From positions 256,142,689 through 256,206,688 of the forward strand of contig NC_085841.1 in the NCBI RefSeq assembly GCF_035594765.1: a stretch of DNA of 64,000 nucleotides. Direction: 5' to 3'. Source of the DNA: Anolis carolinensis (taxonomy: Eukaryota). Positions 12,819 to 25,482 of the stretch are shown here, in pieces (the first letter of the stretch is position 1; every line of letters starts with the position of its first letter). The notes beneath the pieces were generated by a model. The model searched no databases. It was not told the origin of the DNA and worked only from the letters and a program-made list of their open reading frames with translations. Both the position numbers and the translations under genes were made by a program.

Positions 12819-14282
12819 AAGGACCTAATACTTACATGATAAATACAAAAAGCTTTATTATTGTGGAATTATAAGACAATAAGAAGGGAGATTGACATGT
12901 ATAGCTCTTTGGCTTATCTTGTCACTGTTTGTTTTAAAAATTAATGGAAGAAGAACTTAATGTTGCAGCACAATGCTCCCTACAGAGTCCTTAGGCCCAA
13001 AACCATTCACCTTGTGAAGGTGTTTAGCTGTGATTAGTATATAATCAATTTAGGTAAATGAATTTTGCGGCAAGAGACTTTTTAGAATGCCAGATGTCTA
13101 CTCACTTTACATCTTGAAGCTCCCTGTTATAATATTTTTGCATACTCTCTAAATGATAAAGCATACGCTCTCATGCTCAGCTGGAATGTCTGCTCAATTT
13201 GAATAATCTTTGAATCAGGAAAATGTGAGTATAAATATTTGTTATTCTCACTTTTTACACTATTTAAATAGAAGAAGAGGACAAAGAGAGAACAGTTTAT
13301 ATTTTCCAGTTCACTTAAACTGTGTGTCTAGAGCTTGCATGCACACGTAGAGGGGTGTTTTTTTTTTAACACACACATATTTTTGCTGTGGTACTAGTTT
13401 CCTTTGGTCATTAGTTACCCCTTCATCACTGAGGTTCTTTTAGAGGGGAAAGTCTACATAAAACATTTAGAGTACTTCCATTTTTAGGTCTATAGTTATA
13501 TTCTTGGCTTCTATCTAATGAGTTTGGTGTATTCACAATAAGCTTGTCTCCTCAAAACACAACAAAGATGGGAGACTGGATAAACATCAAGCATTAATGA
13601 TTTCCTTCGAGGAAAAGCAATTGACAGGAACTTGTGAGTTTCCAGTAAGGTGCCAACTAACAGCAATTAATTCTCTTTAAGACTAAAAAGGCTAGTGAAT
13701 TTGCAGCTGCTCAGAAGTGGTTTTCAAAACTCTGAAATGGTCTCAAGCTAAATTAGAATGAGAGGGAGTAATGAAAGAAGGATCAAGAGACTGTTATACA
13801 ACTTGTACATATGCAGCTTCGCTTTATTTTTTGGCTCACACGGTTCTGTAAATTTCAGGAGATTTCTTTAATGATGAAAGTGGGGATTTGAAGTCCTCGT
13901 GAACATAATGTCAGGGAATCTGGGTAATGTTTAGGAGAAATTCTCCTGGTCTGTAATTCTTAGAGAGAAGGAAGACCCTTTACTGTCTAGAGTCCCCAAT
14001 TAATTTTTTATATGAAGCTACACTCCTGTGTATCTTGGGTACTCCCAAAATGACTGGATTGGATTTACTACAATCTGTTGCAACTATGAAACATAGTGTT
14101 ACAATTCTGGGGACTAATTCAGCTAGGCCTCAGCCAAACCAGCTCTAGGTTTGCTAAAATGAAACAACCGCCCTTGTGTTACAAGATATAAGCAGGCTTT
14201 GGAGAAGACTCAGTGGATGCACGGATGCAGAACATGGAAAACGGAAGCAAAGAAATTGTATAGATGGAAGATAGAATTCCTT

Positions 14283-14590
14283 AGAGAGCTCTTAGTGGTG
14301 TAGCAAGTTAAACCATTGAACTACTGACTGAAAGGTCAGCAGTTTGAATCCAGGAAGCGGGGTGAGCTCCTGCTGTTAGCCCCAGCTTCTGCCAACCTAG
14401 CAGTTCAAAAACATGCTAATGGAGTAGATCAATAGACACTGCTCTGGCAGGAAGGTAAAGGCGCTCCATGCCAGCCATATGACCTTGGAGGCGTCTATGG
14501 ACAACGTTGGATGGCTTAGAAATGGAGATGAGCACCAACCTCCAGAGTCAGACACGACTAGACCTAATGTCAGGGGAAAACCTACCTACC
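14283..14590 (+). mobile_element. Sauria SINE
   Basis: Full length; TSD tagaattcctt at 14272-14282 and 14591-14601. Confidence 0.95.
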
Positions 14591-15713
14591 TAGAATTCCT
14601 TGCATCTGGATGTGCATTGCTCCAGGGGACAGAAAACAATCTGTTAAATAAGCTTTTCTTCCTAGAAGGCCAGACTAAAAAGGTGTCTTTCTGTTGGAAT
14701 GTCATTCTTCTGGATTGGTACTATTCCTCATTTACAGACTATTTATTACATTTCCTTTTGAACGTAGTTTGTGAAATCCTGTAAAATACACATGCTATGT
14801 CGTATGTATGAATTTGTGGACTATGCAGACAGATACAGCTGCAGTTTTCAATATTTTACTATAAGTATATGTTTGATTTTGCTTTGCAAGTGTTCTTTTT
14901 GATAGTGGCCATTCATGTTCAGGCCAATGGAAGACTCTGCTGGCCATTCAGCTGGTTCTTTAATGATTTCTAACAGAAAGTTTTATTTTTCTGTACAATC
15001 CTTCCATTACATGAACTAAGATAACTAGTTTTTTCACCATATTAAGTAAATACTAAGAAAGTGTCTGAGCCTCTGTGGTGCAACAGAAGTGACAGTTATA
15101 TAGATTTTTAAAAATCTGGGTGTTTTTAAAGACAGAACTTTTTGAATTATGATGAATATATATTGTGATGACTGGGAAAGAATTTTCAATTAATCGCAAC
15201 TTGCACACCGTTTGATGTAATATGGGTCTTCAGTAGGAGACAACTGCATGTAAAACAACAACAGAGTTAATTTCCATAAAGCCATATCTTTTTCTGATAG
15301 AAGGTACATAGGACAATTAAGACAAGCACATTTATTTTAGAATGTGTTTTTATAATCCATAATCCCCCAGATGCATTAGAACCATATTCAAACCTCAGGT
15401 ATATATGCACAGTTCCATGGATGTGGTAGGTGGCATTAGAGTGAAATGGGTTACAGAAAGTAAAAACTGTATTATTAACACTGCTCATAAACTTTCATAG
15501 CAGAGAACAATGTAGACTCTTAAAATGAGTAACAGCCCTGTTATGGCTAATGCATCTTACAATACGGATATTTCTCTCCCTACGTTAACTGCATGTAGCT
15601 AGTCCTTCATTCTTTGATGGAGAGGCAAAATAAGTACACAAGACCACTCTTTGTATCAGTACAAATATGACCAGTTTCTAATGCTAGATTATGAATGGGT
15701 TAATTGGGGGGAA

Positions 15714-16541
15714 ATTATTTATTTATTTCTATCATTTCTACCCCACCCTTCTCACCCAAGGGGACTCAGGGCAGCTTACAGACTGGCAATTTGTGCCGAT
15801 ACACCATAGTACAATAGAATAAATATTAAAACAGTTAAAACAATTATAATATACAATATACAAAATTTAAAATAGTGCAAAGTACTTATGCCATTCGTCC
15901 ACCAGACCTTGTACAAAAACCTTATTCCAGACCAAGTCAAAGCCAGTAAAGACTTATACTTTAAACACTTGCGCACATAGCCAGGTCTTCAGTTTCTTTC
16001 TGAACACCAGAAGGGATGAAGCCTGCTGAATGTTGCTGGGGAGGGAGTTCCACAGCCAAGAAGCCACCACTGAGAAGGCCCTGTCTCTCGTCCCCACCAG
16101 CCGCATCTGCGAGGCGGGTGGGATCGAGAGCAGGGTCTCCCCAGATGATCTTAAAGTTCTCGTAGGCTTGTAGGGGGAGATACGTTCGGACAGGTAAGTT
16201 GGACCAGAACCATTTAAGGCTTTGTAGGCCAAAACCAGCACTTTGAATTGGGCTCAGTAGCATATCGGCAGCCAGTGGAGCTGGCTTAACAGGGGAGTAA
16301 TATGCTCCCTGTAAGCCGCCCCAGTTATTAATCTGGCTGCTGCCCGTTGTACTAATTGAAGCTTCCGGGCCGTCTTCAAAGGCAGCCCCAAAGGCAGCGC
16401 GTTGCAGTAATCCAGGCGGGATGTAACCAGAGCGTGGACCACTGTGGCCAAGTCAGACTTCCCAAGATACGGGCGCAGCTGGTGCACAAGTCTTAGTTGT
16501 GCGAATGCTCCCCTGGCCACCGCTGAGACCTGGGGTTCCAG
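15714..16541 (-). mobile_element. L2 LINE 3' fragment (ORF2 C-terminus plus tail)
   Basis: ORFs give ALVTSRLDYCNAL..GLP, LQLVQRAAARL, LHWLPI and RAFSVVA..LWNSLP, typical of the L2 post-RT region; 3' hairpin ccca-aggggactcagggcagcttaca. Confidence 0.93.
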
Positions 16542-16594
16542 GCATCTCTGTACTGAAGAAGGGAAACGTGTAGCTCAATTCCAATTCTTCTTCA

Positions 16595-17112
16595 GTCATA
16601 CATTCATGGAGCTGGAAGAGACCACATGGGTTATCCAGTCCAACCCTGTTGTGCAGGAAAAGCACAATCAAAGCACTCTTGACAGATGGCTCCACCCAGC
16701 CTCTGTTTAAAAGCCTCCAAAGAAGGAGATTCCACCACACTCCAAGACAGCATTTTTCATTGTTGAATAGCTCTTATCATCAGGACTTTCCCCCCTCATA
16801 TTCAGGTAGAATGCGTTTTCTTGCACTTTTAATTTGTTGCACCATGTCCTAGTCTCTAGAGAGGTAGACAAACAAGGCTGTTCTATCTTCAAGAGGATGT
16901 CATTTCAAATATTTGAGCAGAGCTCTTCTTAACCATCTCTTTTCCAGGCTCAGTATAACCAGCTCCCTAAGCCACTCCTCATAGTGCTTCCAGACCTTTT
17001 ACCATTTTGGTTGCCCTCTTCTGTGCACATTTCAGCTTGTCAATATCTTCCCTGAACTCAGTGCCCAGAATTGGATGCAATATTCCATGTGAGATCTGAA
17101 CAAAACAGAATC
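16595..17112 (-). mobile_element. CR1 LINE 3' fragment
   Basis: 3' terminus (gagctggaagagaccac...tccagtccaaccc) and ORF2-end features (gtgcccagaattggatgcaatattcc, the LEYCIQFWAL-type motif on the minus strand). Confidence 0.88.
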
Positions 17113-17389
17113 CATGAGCATGTCGTGTCTCTGGGCATGCTCAGAATATTCTTCCATTGCTGGCTGAATGCTGAGTGTGTACACCCTGCTCACTAACCAA
17201 ATACCAAGATAGAAAAATGGGCAGAGCAGGCAGGCTGTTATTCCCAGTTAGCATAAATTGATATTTTAGGATATTCTAGAGACCATGGACAGCCAGTGAA
17301 TTTGTTTATAACCAATCCAAGCTTTTAAAAAATAACGCACCTGTATCTTTACAAATTTTCCTGGTTTGCTGAGCATCAGAAAAGAAGTA

Positions 17390-17716
17390 CAGTAGAATCT
17401 CACTTATCCAAGCTAAACAGGCCAGCAGAACCTGGGATAAGCAAATATCTTGGATAATAAGGAGGGATTAAGGAAAAGCCTATTAAACATCAAATTAGGT
17501 TATGATTTTACAAATTAAACACCAAAACATCATGTTATACAACAAATTTGACAAAAAAAGTAGTTCAATACGTTGTAATGTATGTTATGTTGTAATTACT
17601 GTATTTACGAATTTATCACCAAAATATCATGATATATTGAAAACATTGACTACAAAAATGCCTTGGATAATCCAGAACCTTGGATAAGCGAGTCTTGGAT
17701 AAGTGAGACTCTACTG
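17390..17716. mobile_element. Tc1/mariner (Tigger-like) MITE
   Basis: TIR CAGTAGAATCTCACTTATCCAAG / CTTGGATAAGTGAGACTCTACTG with TA TSD on both sides. Confidence 0.95.
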
Positions 17717-17884
17717 TAGGTGATGTTCACTATAGACTGAGAGATAGCCAGAAAAGGGCAGTGAAACCTAAAATGAATAGGGACAGTTTGCTTGAATTTG
17801 ATTGCTTTGTAAGGTGAGTTTGTGTATGTTCTCTAGAGAACTGAATATACTGAGTGTGTGAGAAAGAATGGTGTCAATAATAAT

Positions 17885-18358
17885 ATTATTATAATAATTT
17901 TATTATTATATCCCTCCCATCTCCCCGAAGGGACTCATCGTGGCTTACATGGTGACCAAGCCCAGTGAAACAAAGATTAAAATAGGGCATTAATCACATA
18001 AAAACATGTAAAACATCATTAAAACATAAACCCCATAACAACTGATACCAGGTAGGTATCAGAGCTAGAAGGGCAGGCCAGAGCTTGTGCAACATACTAC
18101 AGGGATGGGGCTGGTAATAAAGTGCAAAGGCTAGATATTAAGTAGGGCTAGAAGGCCAAGTCAAATTGTTAAGCCGACTCACCAAAGGCACATTGGAACA
18201 GGCACGTTTTTGGGTATTTCCGGAAGGTGGCCAGGGTGGGCGCTAAGCTAGTCTCTCTGGGGAGGAAGTTCCAGAGCTGGAGGGTCACCACCGAGAAGGC
18301 CCTCTCCCTCGTTCCCACCAACTGCATTTGTGACAGAGGTATAAGTGTGAGGGAGGCC
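17885..18358 (-). mobile_element. L2 LINE 3' fragment (second subfamily)
   Basis: ORF LVGTRERAFSVVTLQLWNFLP; tail ccatctccccgaagggactc plus (ATT)n. Confidence 0.85.
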
Positions 18359-18535
18359 AATTCTCTCTGGAGTGAATAGATTTCATCCTGAGCAATGGGT
18401 TAGTGAGTATGCAGAGAGTGGAGTCTCCTAGAAATGAGTGCCCATTTAGATGTCAGCACCTGGCCCCTTTTCTCCAAGCCTTGAGGTGAGGTCAAGGTGT
18501 ATCAGACCAAGACCACCACTTTGAAAAGTGTATCC

Positions 18536-18562
18536 ATATATATATATATATATATATATATA
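18536..18562. repeat. (TA)n microsatellite
   Basis: Direct reading. Confidence 0.97.
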
Positions 18563-19254
18563 CAGTCCTTGTATGTTGGACTAATTTAATGGCATGCTCC
18601 TTGCAATTGCTGCTGTGTTCCAAACACTGCTTCCCAGTATAAGTGTAAGAATATCCTCTTCCTTATCCCGTCACAACACATTCAGCTTTGTAGGTATGAA
18701 CCTGTTATCACTTATTACAATGGTTTGCAATGGATTCTTATGTTCATTAAATTTTTATGCATTACTTAAGTAACTGAGAAATAATGCATGGATTCCAGGC
18801 TTAGTCTCGCTAAAGTGGCAAAGCAGGGATTCACATGTGCTGAATTTTCTTGTTTATGTATTTATTTATTTATTTTTAAAATGCCTATAACCGCTTACAC
18901 AAAAGGTAGCCTGTTTTTGGAATTGCTATAGGACCGTTATATATTTGGAATTTCTCTATTATTCCCAGTATGGATGTTCAACAAAGCCAATTGTTCTTAT
19001 GAGGCACAGGATTAAAAACCTATAGCTCTAATCAACCAGTTGCTACCAATATTCTTATAGAATTTCATGGAGTTTAGATAGATATTGTCAGATTCCCAAT
19101 GTTTTTCACCACTGGCTGTACTTATAAGAGCTGCAACTCTCCCCATGTGCAACAACGCATCTGGAGAACTGCAGAATTTCAACTCTTGCTTTAGGTCCTT
19201 GCAATCTTGAGCAGCTTAGTATACTCAGTTCCCCTCAGTTCTGCTATATTACTA

Positions 19255-19872
19255 TAGGAGATCACTCATTGCCTGAGTATGATTGTCTTCCAAGGGTAGA
19301 GTCTTGGCAGTGAGTCTGTAAGTGGCTGTGGAGACCTATTCTGGATCTGCATGGTCTGTCACAATGAGGACAAAGGTTTCCAGGTGGTCACGACAAATGT
19401 TTGCTTGATGTGCCTTTCTCTTGGCAAGTCTCTTCCTTTCACCCTGTATTCATGTGTCTTCAAAATCCATAGCACTGTTGGTAACAGTTGACCTCCAGTT
19501 ACAACACTCAAGGGCCAGGGCTTCCCCATTCTTGGTATTGATATCACATTTTAAAGGTTAGCTTTAAGCCCACCTTTAAATGTCTTTTGTTGTCCACCAA
19601 CAATCTGTTTTCCACATTGTTGTGTATTTTTTGGGCTGTATGGCCATGTTTCAGAAGCATTCTCTCCTGACGTTTGGCCCACATCTATGGCAGGCATCCT
19701 CAGAAGTTGTGAGGTATATTGGAAAACTAAGCAAGGGAGGTTTATATAACTGTGGAAGGTCCAGGAATGTTTTTCATTCTTGAACTGAGAATGAAGTGAT
19801 TGCTTGGAGGGATGGTGACCAGGCATTCGGACAACATGGCCAGTCCAGCAAAGTTGATGGCGGAGAATCCTC
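19255..19872 (-). mobile_element. RTE-clade LINE 3' fragment interrupted by a Penelope-like piece
   Basis: Minus strand reads ILRHQLCWTGHVVRMP...(insertion)...VGGQQKTFKGGLKANL and a C-terminal ..RIGLHSHL zinc-finger remnant, typical of RTE ORF ends. Confidence 0.85.
19616..19765 (-). mobile_element. Penelope-like element pLTR fragment with mutated hammerhead
   Basis: Same sequence family as 44820-45052; minus strand CTGAGGAtgcctgccatagatgtgggcCAAACGTCagg (GAAA changed to CAAA). Confidence 0.8.
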
Positions 19873-20551
19873 TCAGTTGTATCATAAACATAGACAACAG
19901 TAATGAAAAACTAACTCCTCTTATGACAATTCAAAGGGGTCAACAAAGGGCAAAAAATAATCTCTGGATTTACAACTCTAATAGCTGCATGTGATGGAGT
20001 TCATTATTATGCTAAACCTTCAAATAAACCAAAGGGACAGAAATGGCCACAGGCAGTGACCTGTATGTTGATGGTAATTGAGTCTATTAGCCTTAATTTT
20101 ATAATTTCTAAATTAACTTGCTTGCTTACAAATAGCTTTAATTGCAGAATTGAAGAAATTAAAAACAGGAGAAAGGCAATGTTCTATCTTACCATTCATA
20201 TCACGGGGCTGATGGGTTAATTTTACTGGAATATGCTCAACTTCTATCAAGATTTCTTATTATATGCTGACACCAAAACAATGCTTCATATTAGTCATGG
20301 GTACCAGAGACAGCAGTGCATTTAGCGAATTTTAGATACCATAAGGAAGTCTGAGGAGAGGAGGCAATAGGTTATTAATCACATTGTGTGGTAAGCCATT
20401 TGAGTTGCACTGAGATTCCTCCTCCAGGATGACGCCCTGAACTCAAAGAAGACTTTCTGTGTCTGTGTCTGTCTGATTGGGCTGTCATAGAGAAAAGAGA
20501 ATAGCCTAGTCCTCCATTACTCTAGTTTAGCCACATCTAATGGCTTTAAAT

Positions 20552-20690
20552 CAGTGGTTCTCAATCTATGGGTCCCCAGGTGTTTTGGCCTACAGCTTCC
20601 AGAAATCCCAGCCAACAAGTTTACCAGCTGTTAGGATTTCTGGGAGTTGAAGGCCAAAACATCTGGGGACCCACAGGTTGAGAACCACTG
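20552..20690. mobile_element. Short palindromic SPIN-type MITE
   Basis: TIR CAGTGGTTCTCAA; perfect TSD ctttaaat at 20544-20551 and 20691-20698. Confidence 0.95.
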
Positions 20691-20779
20691 CTTTAAATTA
20701 GAATGGTAGATTTCTGGTGAACATTAGAATGAACCTCTTGATGGTAAGGCCAATTCAGCAATGAAACCCAATGTTCTAG

Positions 20780-20910
20780 ATAGGTGGTGGAGTCTTCCAT
20801 CTCTGGGTGTCTTCAAAAAGAGGTTGGACAGCTACCTGCTGGAGATATATTGACCAGAGGGTTGGATCTGATGGTCCATGAGGCCCCTTCCAACTCTTTG
20901 ATTGTATGAA
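20780..20910 (+). mobile_element. CR1 3' end
   Basis: gtggtggagtcttccatctctgg..ttcaaaaagaggttggacag...gggttggatctgatggtccatgaggccccttccaactctttgattgtatga. Confidence 0.85.
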
Positions 20911-22280
20911 TTGTGCCCCAAGCTCTGCCCTAAATATACTCAGTGCTATTACTGAGTGGTTTTGTGGCCAAGGATTTTGGCTTCTGAGACCCTTTCTCCT
21001 GTTCTACTTCCATCCTATCCCAATATATTTTCCCTGGTGCTATAAAGTTTCCCTGGCAGGCCAAGAGAGGAGTTATTCTTGACAGCTCCCCCCTGTCCTT
21101 GAAGATGAAGCAAAGAAAGGCACAGAGTTGTGAGCAAAAGAAGACCTTAGATGTTTCCATTCTCTCTGACTTGCTTCATGTGCTGTCTGTTGTTGGTAGG
21201 GAAAGAAAAGGAGTTGTATTTTTTCAGTCTTAATGAAACCTTTTGCTTTCATCTACAGTTTTTTTTAAAGAGTCATAATGTTAAAATGAAATCACTATAA
21301 AATAATTAACTGCAATTCATAGGTTTACAATTATAAAAGAGATCGGCAACCTATTAATGCTACTAAAAATTCCTGCCATGTTTTATTAATAATTTGGTCT
21401 TGGTGTAACAAAAGCCTTTGGAACATGATGTGCCAAAAAATGTCTCTTCGCAAAGTGATTTTTTGCATTGTGTGACTGGAGTGAATTAAACTGATGAACC
21501 TTAGCACAAAAGTCAGACATTAGTTATGTAATATCACTATGATGGATTTATCAAAATTAAATCCTGAGTTAAGTGCTGCCCATTTTAAAGACAGTGGCAA
21601 AACTGCAACTGAATGTACAAAACTTCAATAAACAAGGAGAAATGCCTTGTAACAAACCATGTTGAGGCAGATTACGTATGGTGTTAGAAACAAAAGCAAA
21701 TATTTCAGACGTTCACATACTTTGTTGTCCTATTTGGCAATTAGTTCTTTGTTCCCACAGATCTAAAATAATGACTTTTTTCATTCCATTGTATTTTACT
21801 TTATGTTTAATTTTCCCAGTATGCTTTTATATAGATATACATGACTGGTTTCAATCCAGGGCCTATTATAGTTAGAATGATGGGTTATAGATTTTTTAAA
21901 AACTATAATAAATATAAAAATTGACTGCTATAAAGCATTTACTGAGAGTGAGTTGTGTTGAGCAATGGAACTGGCTTCTAATGTGCATAAAGGCAGTCTT
22001 TAAACTGGATTAACAACATTTAATAGATGGAAACCTGCCACTTCATCACATTAGGTAGGGAAGAGTGTGGCAGAGGAGAGCAGAGATCCATTTTTAATGA
22101 AACTGATGTTTTCCCTGACTTCTATCACACTGTTAAATGTCTCTGTTTCCTTTCCGTATTCTTTCCGTGGAGTTGCCTGCACATTGCAGAGATTTGGCCC
22201 TGCACACTATCCCTCTCCCTGCTCGTTGCTGAAAATCGAGAGGGAGGGAAACTAGCGATGTGCCCTTCCCCCCCCCCCCC

Positions 22281-22568
22281 AGAGAAGGGTGTGGACCTTG
22301 GAAAACTATAACTCCCAGGACTGCATAGCATGGAGCTATGGTATTTAAAGTGGGGTCCAAGAGCATTCATGTCATAATGTAAATACATCAAGAAAAGGAT
22401 ATAGACCTTGAGAAACTATAACTCCCAGGAGGACTCCATTGCATGGAGCCATGGAATTTAAAGCTAGGTGCAAGGGCATTCATTCTATACTGTAAATGCA
22501 TCAAGAGAAGGGTATGGACCTTGGAGAACTATAACTCCCAGGACTGCACAGCATGGAGACATGGTATT
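22281..22568. repeat. ~110-bp tandem repeat (2.6 copies) derived from a MITE half
   Basis: Units start at 22281, ~22390 and ~22503 (agagaagggt.tggaccttgga.aactataactcccaggactgca.agcatggag). Confidence 0.88.
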
Positions 22569-22625
22569 ATAATAATAATAATCATCATCATCATCATCAT
22601 CATCAACATCATCATCATCCTCACC
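22566..22625. repeat. Compound (AAT)n(CAT)n microsatellite
   Basis: Direct reading. Confidence 0.95.
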
Positions 22626-23227
22626 ATCCTTCTCTCCCAGCTTTCCCATGCATCACAAGTCACAGACATATCATGGAAGGAAGGGAAAGGAAGAGAAGGG
22701 GAGGACCCAGATAGGATATTTTTTAAAAAGAAATTGTTCTGGCAAAGTAAAAACTCAGTGAGTAAAAGGTAATACTTTCCTTAACAAGGGTACTTTTGGC
22801 TCCTCCCACAATTTTCCCTCCCACAAATTTTAAACCTGGGAGCAACAAATGCCATCACATTAGAGAATTGGCCAAACATCCAGATTATTACCAAAAATCC
22901 AGTTCGCCACCACTTCCTCAAATGTTTGAAAAGAATGCTGGGCCCCACACTTAAAATACGCAAAGAATGCTCTGTCCTACACTTGAAGCCAAACTAATGT
23001 AATGAGAACAGTGGCTTCCCGGATTTTAAGTGTAGCACTCAGTGGAATTTAGTAAATGTGATGAAGTGTCTGGACTTGTATGGCCAAGCAACATCAAAGT
23101 ACACGCAAGGTGGTAAAAGTTATCAATAAGGGTGAATGTACAGGAGAGGCTCCAGAAGTTTGCTCTTCGTTGATCCTACATGGAAGGATAAGATTCCACC
23201 TCCTCCTATCCTCTTGCTGAGTTAATC

Positions 23228-23507
23228 CACTGCTTCTTAAACTGTGGTCCAGACCCCAAATGGGGCCCCCCCTGAGATCATGAAAAATTTCTGAATGCTA
23301 CCAAGTGGCTGTTTTAGCTATTATATAACTCTGTTAGTAACAATGTGCAGTGTTTACAGTGGGCTATGCAGGAAATTCTTCAGCTATTCTTCATAAGAAA
23401 GAAGGTTTAGCCTATTTAGCAAGCTTTGCAAATACTGATTTTTATCAGAAAATGAAAAAATTATCAGACCAAAAAGGGTCACAAGTGGAAAAGTTTAAGA
23501 AGCCCCG
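23228..23507. mobile_element. hAT/Charlie MITE
   Basis: TIR cactgcttcttaaact / agtttaagaagccccg; TSD agttaatc/agttaatt. Confidence 0.82.
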
Positions 23508-23739
23508 AGTTAATTGAATGTAAATGGTCTTTGCACTTTGTACTCATTTTGCAGCAATGGAAGTAAATTCAAGAAAGAGGGAAGAAATGGGAGGAAAAAA
23601 GAGAAACTGGGACATTTGAAAAGCAGCTGGAAGAGTGGGACAGCAGATGATACGTCGGACTGGCCTTGCCAAAACAGGTCACTTGGAGAACATGGAATGA
23701 AGAGAAATTGAATTAAACTTTGATAAAATTTGCAAACTA

Positions 23740-24060
23740 CAATGGCACAGCAGGTTAAACCACTGAGCTGCTGAACTTGCTGACTGAAACTCAGTGGTAC
23801 GAATCCAGGGAGCAGAGTGAGCTCCCACTGTCAGTCGCAGCTTCTGCCAACCTAGCAGTTCGAAAACATACAACTGCGAGTAGATCAATAGGTACTGCTC
23901 TGGTGGGAAGGTAACTGCACTCCATGCAGTCATGCCAACCACATAACCTTTGAGGTGTCTAAGGACAATGCTGAATTTTCGGCTTAGAAATGGAGATGAG
24001 CACCAACTCCTAGAGTCAGACATGACTAGACTTAATGTCAGGGAAAAACCTTTATCTTTA
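23740..24060 (+). mobile_element. Sauria SINE
   Basis: Head caatggcacagcaggttaaacc, conserved body, tail aaacctttatcttta. Confidence 0.93.
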
Positions 24061-25482
24061 ACTTACATTTATATAGTGCCTTTTTTTCTACTGGGTTCAG
24101 CAGATCATGAATAGTTTCCTGGTGGGATGTGTTAAGCTGAGAAACTAGTGGTTGGTCCAAGTTGTCCCAGTAGAATAGAAAGAAAATGTGAAGTTCAAAA
24201 AGCACATGCTTTTTGTGTGGGAGAGGTGTGTGTTTCAATTCAAGGAATAATGTTGCCTGGAGCCCTGGAAAGCCACTGCCAGCTGCTGTAAACAATACTG
24301 GACATAGAGGGACAATCATCTCATTCAGTATAAAGTGGCTTCCTAATTTTCCATTTAGAAAATTAATACAGCACACATGCATACAGAGAAAGGGAGGGAG
24401 AGAAGAAGAGAGAGTGTCTCCTCAGTTCTTTACTGATTTTCCAATTGCTGCAATACACCTTCAGGGTTAGACTAGCAAACATGCTGACTAGAACAACTAA
24501 GGTGCAATACTGTCTGCAGAACTGTGCAGGTCCTTTTCACACTCAACAAGAAAGCAATCAACAACTAAGATATGAGTTAAAGAGACTTGGCATCTTTTAC
24601 TCTAGTAGGAGGCCTCGCTGTCTACGGCATGCCATCATGAATATCCCCTTGTTTTTTCATCACCTCAGAGCAGTGGTAGCTTTCACAATAGTCAACCCAA
24701 GTGCCGTTTGGTTGGTACTATCCCCGCATGCAAAGTTGACTTCTTGAACTCAGGGGGCCGAAAAAACATCAGTGTTCTGGAACTCTGCCTTTCTGGTGCT
24801 GAGAATGAGTACTTTTCCTTTTCTCGCTACTGCTGCCATGTCTCCTCCTCCTCCTTCTTCTGTCTTCTTACTACTTCTGCTGAAGAGCTGCTAACCTAGC
24901 AGTATCTGAAGGAGGAGGCAACCCAAAGGGAAATGTGTATTATCTCTGTGACTTGATCACTACCTCTGACTCAGCCTTGCACGGCTGTTTCAAAAATATA
25001 AAGGCTAAGGGGTTAAGAAAGACGCAAGCTGACAAGATACTTGGAGAGTTAAGATCTGTGCAGTGCAGAAGGGCGAATGTCTTCCTGCTTTATCTCTGCT
25101 GTGAAGCAAATGGGCAATAAAAGGAGAAATAATGGGTTGCTTGCTGTTGGATTAACCATGCCATCTTGAACAGTGATAGTAGGCTTCTATCCAACGCAAA
25201 GAGGGGGAACTCTTTCAGGACTGGAGATTTTCTCCTTTTGACAAAGTGCTTTTTTGAAAAATGGAATCTATTTCCTTCTAATAACTGGACATACACTGTT
25301 TTGGAGAAATACTGCTTTAGAGTTTGGTTGCCTTTCTTTGTCACCAGTTAATGATTTTGAACCAAAATGAACATCTGTTTTTCCAGAAAAATGGTGTATA
25401 TTTCTTTAAAAAGGTCATTGTATGGAAAATCTCACTTTTACCTGGGAAAAAACAAGGGGAGATCACATATTAAGCACACATA

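Noticed and set aside
19660-19712. Active hammerhead ribozyme
   Set aside because: Catalytic GAAA box is mutated to CAAA.
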